NCBI GenBank assembly: GCA_000004985.1
Contig: GG738845.1
Source of the DNA: Naegleria gruberi
Lineage: Eukaryota
DNA: 64,000 bases
Direction: 5' to 3' (one strand)
Both the position numbers and the translations under genes were made by a program. Below the pieces are notes generated by a model. The model saw nothing but the letters and a program-made list of their open reading frames with translations, was not told the origin of the DNA and ran no database searches. Below, one piece after another: positions 42,901 through 53,121 of this stretch (positions within the stretch are counted from its first letter, which is position 1; each line of letters opens with the position of its first letter).

Positions 42901-43265
42901 CTCAAGCTAAGAAAAATACTCCAGATGCTCAAGTTTTAGCAAATCACTTAAAACAGAACGATAATTTGATTCCAAATATGTTAACTCAATTCTTTAGAAT
43001 AATTATTTTGGAAGAATGTGGCAATCAGTGGAGTCTATCAAGGACCATGTTGGTATTGATAGTACTTAACCCTTCATTCTATGAAAATTTGAAACAAGTA
43101 ATTATCAATTCTGTTGCTGGAGATGATGTTGAACGAGCATCCAAAGTGAGGGAGGCTTTCGATAAGCTAATGGATGGTGTTGAAATTAATTTAGAACCAA
43201 AGAATCGTGACAAATTTACTGGGAATCTAATAACGTTCAGACAAGATGTACGAAATGTAATTTAA
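39975..43265 (+). CDS. XPO7: Exportin-7 (RanBP16)
   Basis: Single 1096-aa ORF. It is collinear with human XPO7 over its whole length. Examples: 'TQHRKIAVSFRDLAL' vs human 'TKHRKIASSFRDSSL'; 'CLKFDFVGIFPDESSEDIGTIQIPAAWRPLFEESDTLELFWNLY' vs human '[44 protein letters not shown]'; 'YHEFCRLLARIKSNFQL' is identical; C-terminal 'KNRDKFTGNLITFRQDV' vs human 'KNRDRFTQNLSAFRREV'. Confidence 0.92.
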   Translation: MMSQEDLARFETLCQSIYGQKEEARKDAERQLFMFQKLESYPKLVLIFDKSKDPHALFFASQQITKLLTSHWNSFSNDKKTDLRKLTFYSKIINWFKGNYLLNYLASCGFELPKFVSSDLFKLVGRLTKLGWLEDQQNRDLPELIKKYFITVANPQLSVVGIRILGNIIEEMNTLTTRKSLTQHRKIAVSFRDLALRGIFETAIFTLKDVLRALGGGGLNIGVMNNNKAANEALCQEALELSLSCLKFDFVGIFPDESSEDIGTIQIPAAWRPLFEESDTLELFWNLYTTLTNAKLRKDVLQILVLLCSVRRSLFTGDDERKQFLSKFFEGMCTILQSRYGLDDQDTYHEFCRLLARIKSNFQLNEFVACKGYVQWLDLCANFSIESFTSLEWSNQSVYYILNLWSRLVASKPYLKSENESYLEKYVPEICKKYTISRLEYARLCAHDECDDNPLDHKENLDEQLDAIPQLVHFDYKTAGQHLTDLFDPVLQLYLESVNNKVHMKNLNELEQKLTWLTYIVGSVIGKRYVSSLSVDEAELLDGTLSARILRLIPLIDIRIKNYSFSNHLKDESLQHLEYALLYFMKNFKKSYLGDSSTSVGNGNNPKIFVRLAELLNIGEQLQVLNIFIGKIASNLKVWAKVDNIVTETMGLFDEIASGYNSAKLASKLETTQYLLLNHGPENFPFLNEITNLRQRTAFYKTLCKLLFLQNYTEDDFTSFIKPLESVSDRLNSIDNPEIFKQEGVKNALIGWCRDLRGIVFGCNNKRTYTFFFEWFFDKYSGILEKAAQVWYADQFVMNSLLKFLADFVLNKNQRIAFSYSSPHGILIFKKTSSILTNYGQRLHNVPIKKEAYAEKYKGICTSMNILSRCLAGKYCNFGVFDLYKDPALNEVLNTVIRLALSIPYSDIMAYPKLCRAYYGLMETLFQEHTHTIIRFETSIFLQILSSLEEGVSIEELSLSSQVCAALDNLFTFYYTQAKKNTPDAQVLANHLKQNDNLIPNMLTQFFRIIILEECGNQWSLSRTMLVLIVLNPSFYENLKQVIINSVAGDDVERASKVREAFDKLMDGVEINLEPKNRDKFTGNLITFRQDVRNVI

Positions 43266-43320
43266 ATTGGCTGTAATTAAAATTATTTAATTAAATTTCA
43301 AATTTTAAAAAGAATAAAAA

Positions 43321-44175
43321 ATGCACAAACAATACTCAACAGACAATCTGCATGGAATTATTGAGAATTTCAACAATAACACAGAAAAAATAATTTCTAA
43401 ATTCGGAATATTTGATTTATTGTGGAATAAAGTTAAGAATCAAATATCGGAGCCATCAGAATCGTTTGAACAATTTTATAATAATTCGTTTAACATTATG
43501 GATAATCATCCCGAGAAGAGTAGAAATATTGAAGATTTAAGAAGCGTATTCACTGAAAAAAACACCAACCCAATTGATTCTAATGATGGAGACTTTGATT
43601 TACTGAATAATTTAACCTCTCTGCTATCTCACTCATCTCTAAAAAGAGAAGAAATTATTAGAAAAGAATTACATTTGCTATTGGAAGAAAATAGTAAATT
43701 CATGAAAGAGTTGATGAAAATTTATTCTGTTTGTTCTATGACTTTATCCTTGGATGAATTTATAGAAAATGTTTTGGAAAAGCTTTATGACAACGGACTT
43801 GAAAGGGAGAAATTGAGATTAAAACAACTCAATAGACTACAAATCCAAAGTCTAAACAGACAAATTGACACTCCACGCCCAACCACTCTTGAAATATCTA
43901 ATAACTCTTCACAATCATTTTCTTATAATATGGAGAGAAAGTATGAGTTCTCTAAACAAGTGATGAAAGTTTTTGATTCTAATGAAAGAAAAATATTTAA
44001 TGATAACCCTATGGGTTTACATTATTTGGATCCTTCCATTGAGCCATATCATCCTTTGTCATTTAACAACATTATATTTAATAATGATAAAACTAAGAAG
44101 AAAGCAGATTCAAATCAATCAGAAATACCATTGATTCCAAAGAAGAGAAGAACCAATAGAAGAAGAAAATCCTAA
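43321..44175 (+). CDS. Hypothetical protein (284 aa) with a basic C-terminus
   Basis: ORF with ATG at 43321, only 55 bp after the XPO7 stop. No recognisable domain. The C-terminal 'KKRRTNRRRKS' looks NLS-like. Confidence 0.4.
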   Translation: MHKQYSTDNLHGIIENFNNNTEKIISKFGIFDLLWNKVKNQISEPSESFEQFYNNSFNIMDNHPEKSRNIEDLRSVFTEKNTNPIDSNDGDFDLLNNLTSLLSHSSLKREEIIRKELHLLLEENSKFMKELMKIYSVCSMTLSLDEFIENVLEKLYDNGLEREKLRLKQLNRLQIQSLNRQIDTPRPTTLEISNNSSQSFSYNMERKYEFSKQVMKVFDSNERKIFNDNPMGLHYLDPSIEPYHPLSFNNIIFNNDKTKKKADSNQSEIPLIPKKRRTNRRRKS

Positions 44176-44260
44176 TTTAAGAAGGTGCTTTTTTTGTTGC
44201 TGTCCAAGAGTAAGGTTTGATGGAGATAAGAGTTCCTTTTAAAAAATACCTCAACCAACA

Positions 44261-46150
44261 ATGATTAGCAATACCTCGACTGGTTTTCAACTTGATACTA
44301 GTACATTTAGTTTTGATGAGGATGAGGGACCATCATTGTTCCAAAATTGTGGAACACTATTGCGGGATAGACAGTTGTATGATCCTATTGGTTTACCTTC
44401 ATTTAATGTTAGCGGAATGGAAGAAAATGCTTCTTGTTTTAGGACCTATGGTTCTTCTTCAAACTCTCCCAATGCAAAAAAGAGGCCATTTTCCATGAAC
44501 TTATCCACCCCTTCTACTATGCCTTTATTGCCTGCCTTTTTTTATAAGAATAATTCTTCAGTACTTACTCTGGATTGCTCAAAGTTGTCATTGGAAAGAA
44601 ATGACAAGTTGAATACCAAATATTTATTGGAATGGCTGAATACATTTCCATGTTTTAGATCACATATTGAGATTGACACTAATTCTCTTCTCTTAAACGA
44701 TTTTTCATTGTGGAAAATGTTATGTGAGATAGACGAGAATCATTATTCCTCTCTTGGAAATTATATTAACATGGATACTTGTGGTAAAAATACCAAGCTT
44801 TTATCTATTACATTTTTGTACAGATCAATTCAGTATTTGATTCTTTTCTTCCAAATGAAATATGAAATGAGAATCGATTTAATAGATATTATCAAAAACC
44901 CTCTTGCAATACTAGAGGATAGTCAATCTCAAACAGATTTGAAAGAGCAATTCTTTCTCTTTTTAAAATATTTACTAGCAACAATATTTACTTCTCAAAA
45001 CTCTCAAAATCTAGTTCAAAGATTACTAATATTAGAACCTTTATCACAAAATACTTTAGCCTCCATAGTCAAAGAAATTATGGATCAACACTCAAAATCA
45101 TCAGCGTGTGTTTTCCATTCTGAGGAGGATTTACACTTCTTATTTGAAATGACAATTCATTTTCTAAATATGGGTTCATCACTTCAACAAAAAATATCCT
45201 ATCTGGATAAGCATGTTATTGAGGAGCAAAGAAATGATTCAAGAAAACTCTATTTGGAAAATGGCACTTTGAAAACAAAAAACCAAGAGTTAGCTACACA
45301 AATAGATGACATGGTAGTAATACATTGTTCAGAAAGATGTCAATTGTATGAACAAATTAACAAGCTGGAAATTGAGTTATCAGAACTTAACACACACAAA
45401 AAGAAGATTGAAAAACAAGAATTATTAATAGAGGAAAATGTAAATTTAAGAGAAAAACTTCTAATACTTGAAAATGTTTCACAATCATTGAGAGATGAAA
45501 ATATTCATCTACAACAAACAATTCATAACCATTGCAACACGAATGTGCTTCAAAATATGAATGACACTTTAAATTGTGACGAAGTCTCAAATCGAGTTAA
45601 TGAATACGTTGCTGAACGAGAGTTATTACTAGAAGAAATTCAACACTTAAATTTGGAAATTGGTTTAAGAAATAGGAAAATTGATTCATTACTAAATGAA
45701 AACTCAATCTTAAGACAAGGAAAGCAACTAGAACAAGCATCTTTGGAAAAATCAATGAATCTGTACGAAGATTTGAAGAATAGCGTAAGAGTACAAACTT
45801 TATCAAAACATCCTACAGAAATCCAGAAATCGCCATCATTCTCAATCCAAACTCAAACTCCAAATACAGTGTCAAATGATGTGAGTTGTGAAACTGAAAG
45901 ACAACAAACAATCTCAACAAGTACTCAGACAGATCTGTTCCCAAACAAACAAGTCGAACAAGAAAAACCAAAACTCTCCCTAACCCCCTCAAAAACCAAC
46001 ATATCTCCAAAAATATTTAGTCCAAAACAATCACCCAAACTCCTCAAACTTGAAAAGACTTCGGCCAGCAAATCAAGAAATAAGAAAGAAGGAGCCTCCA
46101 CAGAGAAGAGTCCATATCGATTTTTCTTGCAAGGACACGATTTTAAGTAA
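44261..46150 (+). CDS. Hook-domain coiled-coil protein (HOOK/CCDC88 dynein-adaptor family-like)
   Basis: 629-aa ORF with ATG at 44261. The N-terminal region 'YLLEWLNTFPCFRSHIEI...' matches the Hook/Girdin N-terminal domain signature 'L(I/V)xWLQTF'. It is followed by a long coiled coil ('NQELATQIDDMVVIH...KLEIELSELNTHKKKIEKQELLIEENVNLREKLLILEN'). Confidence 0.5.
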   Translation: MISNTSTGFQLDTSTFSFDEDEGPSLFQNCGTLLRDRQLYDPIGLPSFNVSGMEENASCFRTYGSSSNSPNAKKRPFSMNLSTPSTMPLLPAFFYKNNSSVLTLDCSKLSLERNDKLNTKYLLEWLNTFPCFRSHIEIDTNSLLLNDFSLWKMLCEIDENHYSSLGNYINMDTCGKNTKLLSITFLYRSIQYLILFFQMKYEMRIDLIDIIKNPLAILEDSQSQTDLKEQFFLFLKYLLATIFTSQNSQNLVQRLLILEPLSQNTLASIVKEIMDQHSKSSACVFHSEEDLHFLFEMTIHFLNMGSSLQQKISYLDKHVIEEQRNDSRKLYLENGTLKTKNQELATQIDDMVVIHCSERCQLYEQINKLEIELSELNTHKKKIEKQELLIEENVNLREKLLILENVSQSLRDENIHLQQTIHNHCNTNVLQNMNDTLNCDEVSNRVNEYVAERELLLEEIQHLNLEIGLRNRKIDSLLNENSILRQGKQLEQASLEKSMNLYEDLKNSVRVQTLSKHPTEIQKSPSFSIQTQTPNTVSNDVSCETERQQTISTSTQTDLFPNKQVEQEKPKLSLTPSKTNISPKIFSPKQSPKLLKLEKTSASKSRNKKEGASTEKSPYRFFLQGHDFK

Positions 46151-46157
46151 TAAAAAA

Positions 46158-47336
46158 ATGGGAAAATTGTTTGCAAAGAGGAAAAAAGAGGAAGTAATTT
46201 CATCGTCTTCTGAATCAACATCATCGGACAGTGATAGTAGTAAAATAGTATCAAAGGCATATCTAATCACAACCTCCGATGAGGAAGAGATATCAAAGTT
46301 GAAATCTTCTCCAAACCCAATCAACATTGAAATAGTTTTCGACTTGAGAAATTCAAAAAGGCTGATACGGTGTATTCAAGATATTGATGATCATAGGAAT
46401 TTGGGACAGGATCATTTTATTGAAATGCTAAAAGATAAATTAATTTTAATTATTTTGGGCCACGTGAAGGAACTAATGAGTAACGATTTTGATGAAGAAT
46501 TATTTGACAAGTTTTTTAGTTTTTTAAATAGACGGTTAATTTATAGATCCATGAATAGTGTATCTCAGTTTTATATTACCAAGAGTGACAAATCAACTGA
46601 TGATGTTGACCCAACCGATTTTCTATTTTTTGAGTGTTTGGAAGAGATTATAATAACCAAGAAATGGTCACGATATGGTTTGGAAGGTGTTATGAATGAA
46701 CCCATTCAATGTATTTTAATTAACAATAAGGGAGATCGTTCTTGTGAATTCGAATCAGCCTTCATAATAATTTATGCCAGGGAGCAACCACGTGGTGAAT
46801 TCAAATTCTTGATTTGTAAAGTTGAAAATGATGTTTGGAGTTTTCCTGGTGGTAAGAAAATGTTTCCTTCCGAATCTTTTGAAAACTGTATCACTAGAGA
46901 AGTGAGAGAAGAGCTGTACGGTTTTTCCATCAGCTCTATAGAATCTAGTATAGGACTGGGACCACTATTCTCTTTTGGGGGAAGCTCTGTTTTTGTGCAC
47001 GAAGTGGAATGGGGTAAAACTGGAGAAATTGTTAATAATTTAATTAAGAATTATCAGTCTCTTAAAAAGGAAAATCAATTATTTGATTTTGATACTGAAA
47101 AAACATCCAAATTTATCAAGGAGGATGAGGAATATTTGGATAATTTACTAGAAATCTCTAAAAAATTTAAGTTTGTAGAAGAAATTGTGGATTACCAGTT
47201 TATTTCAGCAGACGAAATAGAGAAAATGCAGGGTGGAAGATCTTTCTTTTTGAAACAACTACATAATTCATTTCAAAAAAATATTGTACGACGATCCATG
47301 CAAACAAGTAAAAGAAGTAAAAAATTTAAACAATAA
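46158..47336 (+). CDS. Nudix hydrolase domain protein
   Basis: The first ATG in frame is at 46158, 7 bp after the Hook-like stop. The Nudix box 'FPGGKKMFPSESFENCITREVREELYGF' fits GX5EX7REUXEEXGU. The N-terminus is S/D-rich. Confidence 0.55.
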   Translation: MGKLFAKRKKEEVISSSSESTSSDSDSSKIVSKAYLITTSDEEEISKLKSSPNPINIEIVFDLRNSKRLIRCIQDIDDHRNLGQDHFIEMLKDKLILIILGHVKELMSNDFDEELFDKFFSFLNRRLIYRSMNSVSQFYITKSDKSTDDVDPTDFLFFECLEEIIITKKWSRYGLEGVMNEPIQCILINNKGDRSCEFESAFIIIYAREQPRGEFKFLICKVENDVWSFPGGKKMFPSESFENCITREVREELYGFSISSIESSIGLGPLFSFGGSSVFVHEVEWGKTGEIVNNLIKNYQSLKKENQLFDFDTEKTSKFIKEDEEYLDNLLEISKKFKFVEEIVDYQFISADEIEKMQGGRSFFLKQLHNSFQKNIVRRSMQTSKRSKKFKQ

Positions 47337-47373
47337 ATATTCTAATTTAATTTCTATTTTGGGAAATAATGTG

Positions 47374-50011
47374 TTATTGTTGAGCAGCAACAATTTCCTT
47401 CATAACCTCTTTCTTGTAATCATAGAAATCGCCTGGATATTTGGAAATTGATTTACCAGTACAAACCCAAATTTCGTCACAAACAGAAGTGATTAAGTAT
47501 TCGTCGTGACTGACCATCAAAATACCTCCATTGTATTCGTTGAGGGCAGCAATCAGTGCATCTACTGTATCAATATCCAAGTGATTGCTAGGTTCGTCCA
47601 AAAGAAGCAAGTGAGGCTTTCTGAATGTGATTTCTGCAAAAACAACTCTTGACTTTTGACCACCAGATAAAGTATAAATTGGTTGGAGTGCCAAATCACC
47701 TGTAATACCCAATTTTGCAAGTTGGGCTCTTAATCCAGGTTCTTTTTCATTGGTAAAGATGCTTGCCATGTGTTCAAGAGGAGTCATTTGTGCATTCAAG
47801 TGTTCCATATGGTGCTGACTGAACTTGGCAATTCTGATCTTTCTATTAATATTGACATGACCTTCAAGTGTTTTTAATTCTTCTGCCAAAATATTCAAAA
47901 ATGTTGATTTACCTGTTCCGTTCTAATGAATGTTAAAAATAAATCGTAAATATTAAAGTACATACTGGACCAACAAGAGCAATACGGGAATCCATGTCAA
48001 GATTGAAGTTCAACTTTTTGAAAAGGATCTTTTCTCTTGAATACCCAAAAGTGACGTCTACAGCTTGGAGATATGGTGGATTCTCAGCATCAGGTGAATC
48101 GAATGTAAAGCTAAATGTTGGATCTTCAACAACTGCAGGAGTAAAATCCATTTTTTCCAAAACCTTAATACGGGATTGAGCCATTTTGGCTGTAGCTGCC
48201 TTATATCTGAATCTGTCGATAAACTTTTGAATGTGTTCTCTTTGCTTCTTTTGAGCATCGTGTGTTTTTTGTTGTTGTACCAATTGTTCCTTTCTGGTCT
48301 TTTCAAAAGTATCAAAATCACCCTTGTAATAGTGAAGCTTTTGATCTTTAGCAAGAATAATATCTGTAACTACAGCATTCAAGAATCTCTTGGCGTGAGA
48401 AACAACTACCAATGTCTTGTCATACTTCTTCAAATATTCTTCCAACCAAATGACAGCAAACAAGTCAAGATGGCTAATAATTGAAGATGAATGTTAGCAT
48501 TATTAAATACTTGTAATGAAAACTTACTTTGTAGGTTCGTCCAAAAGTAAAATATCAGGTTCAACAAACAAAGCTCTTGCCAAAGCAACTCTCATTCTCC
48601 AACCTCCAGACAAGGACTTGGTCTTCATGTGCATCATTTCAGGAGTGAATTGCAAACCCGAGAGGATAGCAGCAGCTCTTGCTTCTGCGCTGTGAGCATC
48701 AATTTCATCCAATCTTTCATAAATTTCTGATAATTTTTGACCTGAATCCTCTGATCCATCTTCTAATAATCTCTTTTCTTCCTTCAATAAAGATAATCTT
48801 TCTACATCTGTATTGAGAACAGTATCAATGGCAGAAATGTCATCACCAACAATTTCTTGTTCAATATGTAAAATTTGCAAATATGGAGGAATGCCCTTAA
48901 AGTCTCTCTCTGCAATATGTCTCAACAACGTAGTTTTACCAATACCGTTTCTACCAATCATACCATAACGACGACCATTCAAAAGTGTTACATCAGTACC
49001 AACCAAAAGAGTCTTACTTCCCACAGAAACCGTAACATCAGAGACACGAATTTCTCTTGGACCCTTAAAGTCATGAGCCGTATGGACCTTGATAACACCT
49101 CTTTGATTTGTCAAACCTCTCTTCTTTAAGAACTCTTCATACTCTTTTTGTTTTTGTTTGATGATGGCTTCTTCTTTTTCCTTCTTCTTTTTTTCTTTAT
49201 CCTTGATTGCTTTTTGTTTCCAATCCAAGTCATCATTCCAATTAGATTCGGAAAGTTGTTGATGTACTGAAGCCATACCAGTTTGAGAAATCATAGATTC
49301 TTGCTCGGCAACATCCTTTTCGAAACGTTTACCCAAGCTGATAGCTTCTTCCAATAAAACAACATGTTCCTCTTCCTTGATATCAGTTCTCAAAATACCT
49401 CTTTCCTTTAATGTTTGAATCATTACATTTACCACTGCCTTGGCGTCTTCAAGGTTATTGGATGTTTTGGTTTTAACAAGATAAGAAGATATTACATCTA
49501 CAACATCTGTTTCTTTTCTTCTTGTTACAACATCATTTTGAGATGATAAAATACTGGAAAAGTAGTTCAAAATAGGAGTATTCAAGTGTTTAGATGATGT
49601 TTCCTTTCCAATAACATCATTAGTAATAATTTCAATAATATCGGAACATTCTTTGTTGGCTTGGAAGTAAATTTTAGATGAACCAGTTGGAATTTCTTTA
49701 AAAACTGCAGATATGTTGGAGGTTGTTGAAGTTGTTGATAGTGTTGGTGAAGAAATGTCTTTTTCTGGTTGTTTTGTATTGGAGGTTGTTGCTGGGGCTT
49801 GAGTTGCAGGCTTTTGTGCTGAAGGTTTGTTTTTGTTAGTGTTATTACTTGGCTTCTTTTTTTGTTGTGCTTCCTTCTCTTTTTTTTGTTGTTCAGCTAA
49901 AGCCTTTTTTTCTGCAAGTTGTCTTTCAAGTTCTTCTTGTTTTTTCTTCTTTTCTGCCTGCATCATTTCCTCGAGGCTTACACCACGAGCAGCAGCTTTC
50001 TTTGGAGGCAT
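47374..50011 (-). CDS. ABC-F family ATPase (ABCF1/GCN20-like translation factor; two ABC cassettes, no transmembrane domain)
   Basis: Exons are 50011..48528, 48473..47966 and 47922..47374 on the minus strand, with introns of 54 nt (gtaagt...ttattag) and 43 nt (gtatgt...cattag). The spliced protein runs continuously: a K/E-rich N-terminus, 'GRRYGMIGRNGIGKTT', 'LSGGWRMRVALARALF..ILLLDEPTNHLDL' and the second cassette 'GPNGTGKSTFLN...LSGGQKSRVVFAEI...LLLLDEPSNHLD'. Confidence 0.9.
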
Positions 50012-50126
50012 TTTTTTTAAAGAGGTTCAAATTCGAAATAAATATTCTTTTGTAATAATTATTAAATTAATTAATTGTGTTTTCATTATTTTACTAAAAT
50101 TATTATGTACATAAACTAGATTTAAA

Positions 50127-50396
50127 TTATTTTTGTCTAAAGTAAACTGGATCTAAACATTCCATCATTTCAATTGAATTTCCTCTAACAACAACTGTTC
50201 CTAGATGTGTTTTTTCGTTGGTGTTTGCCTCACCCTTCGAAAAACCTGTCAAGTCATAAGCATTCTCTAATGTAATATTCATAAATGGATCAAATCCGAT
50301 CATTGTCCCTTCAACATGTCTTTTTCCATTCATCTTGACAGATAATCTTTTATTCATGTAGACTTTAAGCTCTGGATATTGATTACTTTGTACCAT
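50127..50396 (-). CDS. SNRPG: Small nuclear ribonucleoprotein G (SmG)
   Basis: The first ATG is at 50396 ('MVQSNQYPELKVYMNKRLSVKMNGKRHVEGTMIGFDPFMNITLENA...GTVVVRGNSIEMMECL'). Compare human SNRPG '[40 protein letters not shown]...MVVIRGNSIIMLEAL'. Confidence 0.85.
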   Translation of the reverse strand: MVQSNQYPELKVYMNKRLSVKMNGKRHVEGTMIGFDPFMNITLENAYDLTGFSKGEANTNEKTHLGTVVVRGNSIEMMECLDPVYFRQK

Positions 50397-50603
50397 TTTT
50401 TTTAATACTTGTTCAAACAATTATTTATTTTATTGTCCTTTTGTATTGGAACTTAGCAAAATTATTATTTTAACAAAATTAATGTATGATGATTAATACA
50501 CTTGTTAAATATTTTAATTTCATCTCGTTTTAATTAAACCATGACGATGAAGTCCTTATTCGTATTGTCATAATTGAGTTTTCATCAAAACAGGCCCAAA
50601 AAA

Positions 50604-52904
50604 ATGAAGCGTTTCATTCAAACTTCTGCTTGTGCAAGCCACAAATTAAATGTGCAAGCACAATTGGTCTCTCTCCGATCATCTGGTGCTAAATTAATGT
50701 ACTCACAAAAGAGATCTGATGAAATTAAAGAAATTTTCGAAACTAAATTACCAAAGGACTGGAAGGAAACAGCATCTCGTGAATTGAAGGATCAAGCAGT
50801 TGAGAGTCTCATCAGAACCACTCCCGAAGGAATTAACATTTTACCAATTTATGTCTCTCCAGCAACAATTGATGGAAAGGAACCAACCGGTGCAGGTAAT
50901 AAACCATACACTCGTGGTCCTCATGCAACCATGTATACTTCCAAGCCATGGACCATCAGACAATATGCTGGATTTTCCACTGCTAAAGAATCCAATGAAT
51001 TTTACAAACAAAATTTGGCTCAAGGACAAATGGGTCTTTCTGTTGCATTCGATTTGGCTACCCACAGAGGTTATGATTCTGATCATGACAGAGTTGTTGG
51101 TGATGTTGGTATGGCAGGTGTCGCAATTGACTCAGTTGAAGATATGAAGATTTTATTTGCAGGCATTCCATTGGATAAAATGTCAGTCAGTATGACAATG
51201 AACGGAGCTGTACTTCCAATTATGGCCATGTATATTGTTGCTGCCCAAGAACAAGGTATCACTGATTTGAATTTGCTTAGTGGTACAATTCAAAATGATA
51301 TTTTGAAAGAATTCATGGTCAGAAACACTTACATTTATCCTCCAGAACCAAGTATGAAAATTATTGGAGATATTATGCAATTTACTTCTCAAAATATGAA
51401 GAAGTTCAACTCTATCAGTATCAGTGGTTACCACATGCAAGAAGCTGGTGCTGATACTGCATTAGAATTGGCTTACACTTTAGCTGATGGTCTTGAATAT
51501 GTTAGATGTGGTACCGAATTGGGTGGATGTAAGGTTGATGAGGTTGCTCCTCGTTTTTCATTCTTCTTCGGTATTGGTATGAATTTCTATCTTGAAATTG
51601 CCAAGTTGAGAGCTGCTCGTAAATTGTGGGCTGAACTAGTTGAAGAAAAGTTCAAGCCAAAGAGTTCTAAATCACTCTTGTTGCGTACTCACTGTCAAAC
51701 AAGTGGTTATTCTTTGACTGAACAACAACCATACAATAACATTATTAGAACAACTATTGAAGCAATGGCAGCTGTCATGGGTGGTACTCAATCATTGCAC
51801 ACCAATTCATTTGATGAAGCTGTTGGTTTGCCAACCAAGTTTAGTGCTCAACTTGCTCGTAATACTCAATTAATTATTGCTAATGAGACTGGCATTACTA
51901 ATGTTGTTGATCCATGGGGAGGTAGTTACATGATGGAAGAATTGACCAATCAACTTTATACTAAAGCTAAGGAACTCATCAAGGAAGTTGAAGAATGTGG
52001 AGGTATGACTAAAGCTATTGTTACTGGTTTACCAAAGAGAAGAATCGAAGAATGTGCAACAAAGAAACAAGCTAGAATTGATTCTAAACAAGAAATTATT
52101 GTTGGTGTTAACAAATTTGCAACAAAGAATGAAGAAGCAAACTATGAAGTTCTCAAGATTGATAACACAAAGGTTAGAAAGGAACAAATTGACAGACTTA
52201 ACCAGATTAAATCTGAAAGAGATTCCAATCTTGTTTCAAACTTGTTGGCTCGTCTTGAAGATGCTGCCAAGACTGGTAAGGAAAATCTTTTGGCTGTTGC
52301 TGTTGAATGTGCCAAGGCACGTGCAACTGTTGGTGAAATTTCATCTGCACTTGAAAATGTTTGGGGCAGATATGAAGCTAAACCAGAAATTGTTAGTGGT
52401 GCTTATACTAGTACTTGGAAACAAGCTTCCCTTGAAAAATTAGATACTGAACGTGTTGAAATGAAGGTTAAGGAATTTGCTACCAAGAATGGTAGAAATC
52501 CAAGAATTCTTGTTGCCAAGATGGGTCAAGATGGTCATGATAGAGGTGCTAAGGTTATCAGTTCTGGTTTTGCTGATTTAGGATTTGATGTTGATGTTGG
52601 TCCATTGTTCCAAACTCCAAAGGAAGTTGTACGTGAAGCTATTGATAACGATGTTCACATTATTGGTGTTAGCTCTCAAGCCGCAGGACACAGAACCCTT
52701 GTTCCTGCTTTGGTTAGTGAATTGGAACAAGCTGGATTGAAAGGATCTGATAGACCAGTAATTGTTGTTGGTGGCGTCATTCCTCGTGAAGATTATCAAG
52801 AATTGTACGATGCAGGTGTTGATTTGATCTTTGGTCCTGGTACTAAAGTTACTGATGCTGCTGAATCATGTGTTGATTTGTTGATGAAAAAATCCAATCA
52901 TTAG
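50604..52904 (+). CDS. MUT: Methylmalonyl-CoA mutase, mitochondrial (B12-dependent)
   Basis: The first ATG is at 50604 ('[14 protein letters not shown]...', a basic presequence-like N-terminus). It has the full mutase catalytic barrel ('[21 protein letters not shown]...[17 protein letters not shown]') and a C-terminal B12-binding domain with '[12 protein letters not shown]...[11 protein letters not shown]'. Confidence 0.95.
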   Translation: MKRFIQTSACASHKLNVQAQLVSLRSSGAKLMYSQKRSDEIKEIFETKLPKDWKETASRELKDQAVESLIRTTPEGINILPIYVSPATIDGKEPTGAGNKPYTRGPHATMYTSKPWTIRQYAGFSTAKESNEFYKQNLAQGQMGLSVAFDLATHRGYDSDHDRVVGDVGMAGVAIDSVEDMKILFAGIPLDKMSVSMTMNGAVLPIMAMYIVAAQEQGITDLNLLSGTIQNDILKEFMVRNTYIYPPEPSMKIIGDIMQFTSQNMKKFNSISISGYHMQEAGADTALELAYTLADGLEYVRCGTELGGCKVDEVAPRFSFFFGIGMNFYLEIAKLRAARKLWAELVEEKFKPKSSKSLLLRTHCQTSGYSLTEQQPYNNIIRTTIEAMAAVMGGTQSLHTNSFDEAVGLPTKFSAQLARNTQLIIANETGITNVVDPWGGSYMMEELTNQLYTKAKELIKEVEECGGMTKAIVTGLPKRRIEECATKKQARIDSKQEIIVGVNKFATKNEEANYEVLKIDNTKVRKEQIDRLNQIKSERDSNLVSNLLARLEDAAKTGKENLLAVAVECAKARATVGEISSALENVWGRYEAKPEIVSGAYTSTWKQASLEKLDTERVEMKVKEFATKNGRNPRILVAKMGQDGHDRGAKVISSGFADLGFDVDVGPLFQTPKEVVREAIDNDVHIIGVSSQAAGHRTLVPALVSELEQAGLKGSDRPVIVVGGVIPREDYQELYDAGVDLIFGPGTKVTDAAESCVDLLMKKSNH

Positions 52905-53121
52905 TTTGGGTGTCTTAATAAACTCAAAAAAATTAAAAACACCATTTTAGGGTTAGTGAAACAATTCCTTCATAATAATACAATAAAAGGGTTTGATTTT
53001 TAACTCTATCACAAAGGTAATTGCTGATAAGGGACAACAATTTTCACTCTCTTATGCACTGTAAAATTGTTGCGTAAGTCAAATATCAAGCCAAAATAGA
53101 ATGATATTTTTAAAATAAAAA

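Noticed and set aside
49827-50114. Plus-strand ORFs (95 and 68 aa) rich in F/C/S
   Set aside because: They are antisense to the K/E-rich N-terminal region of the ABCF gene, which is poly-AAG/GAA on the coding strand. This is a compositional artefact.
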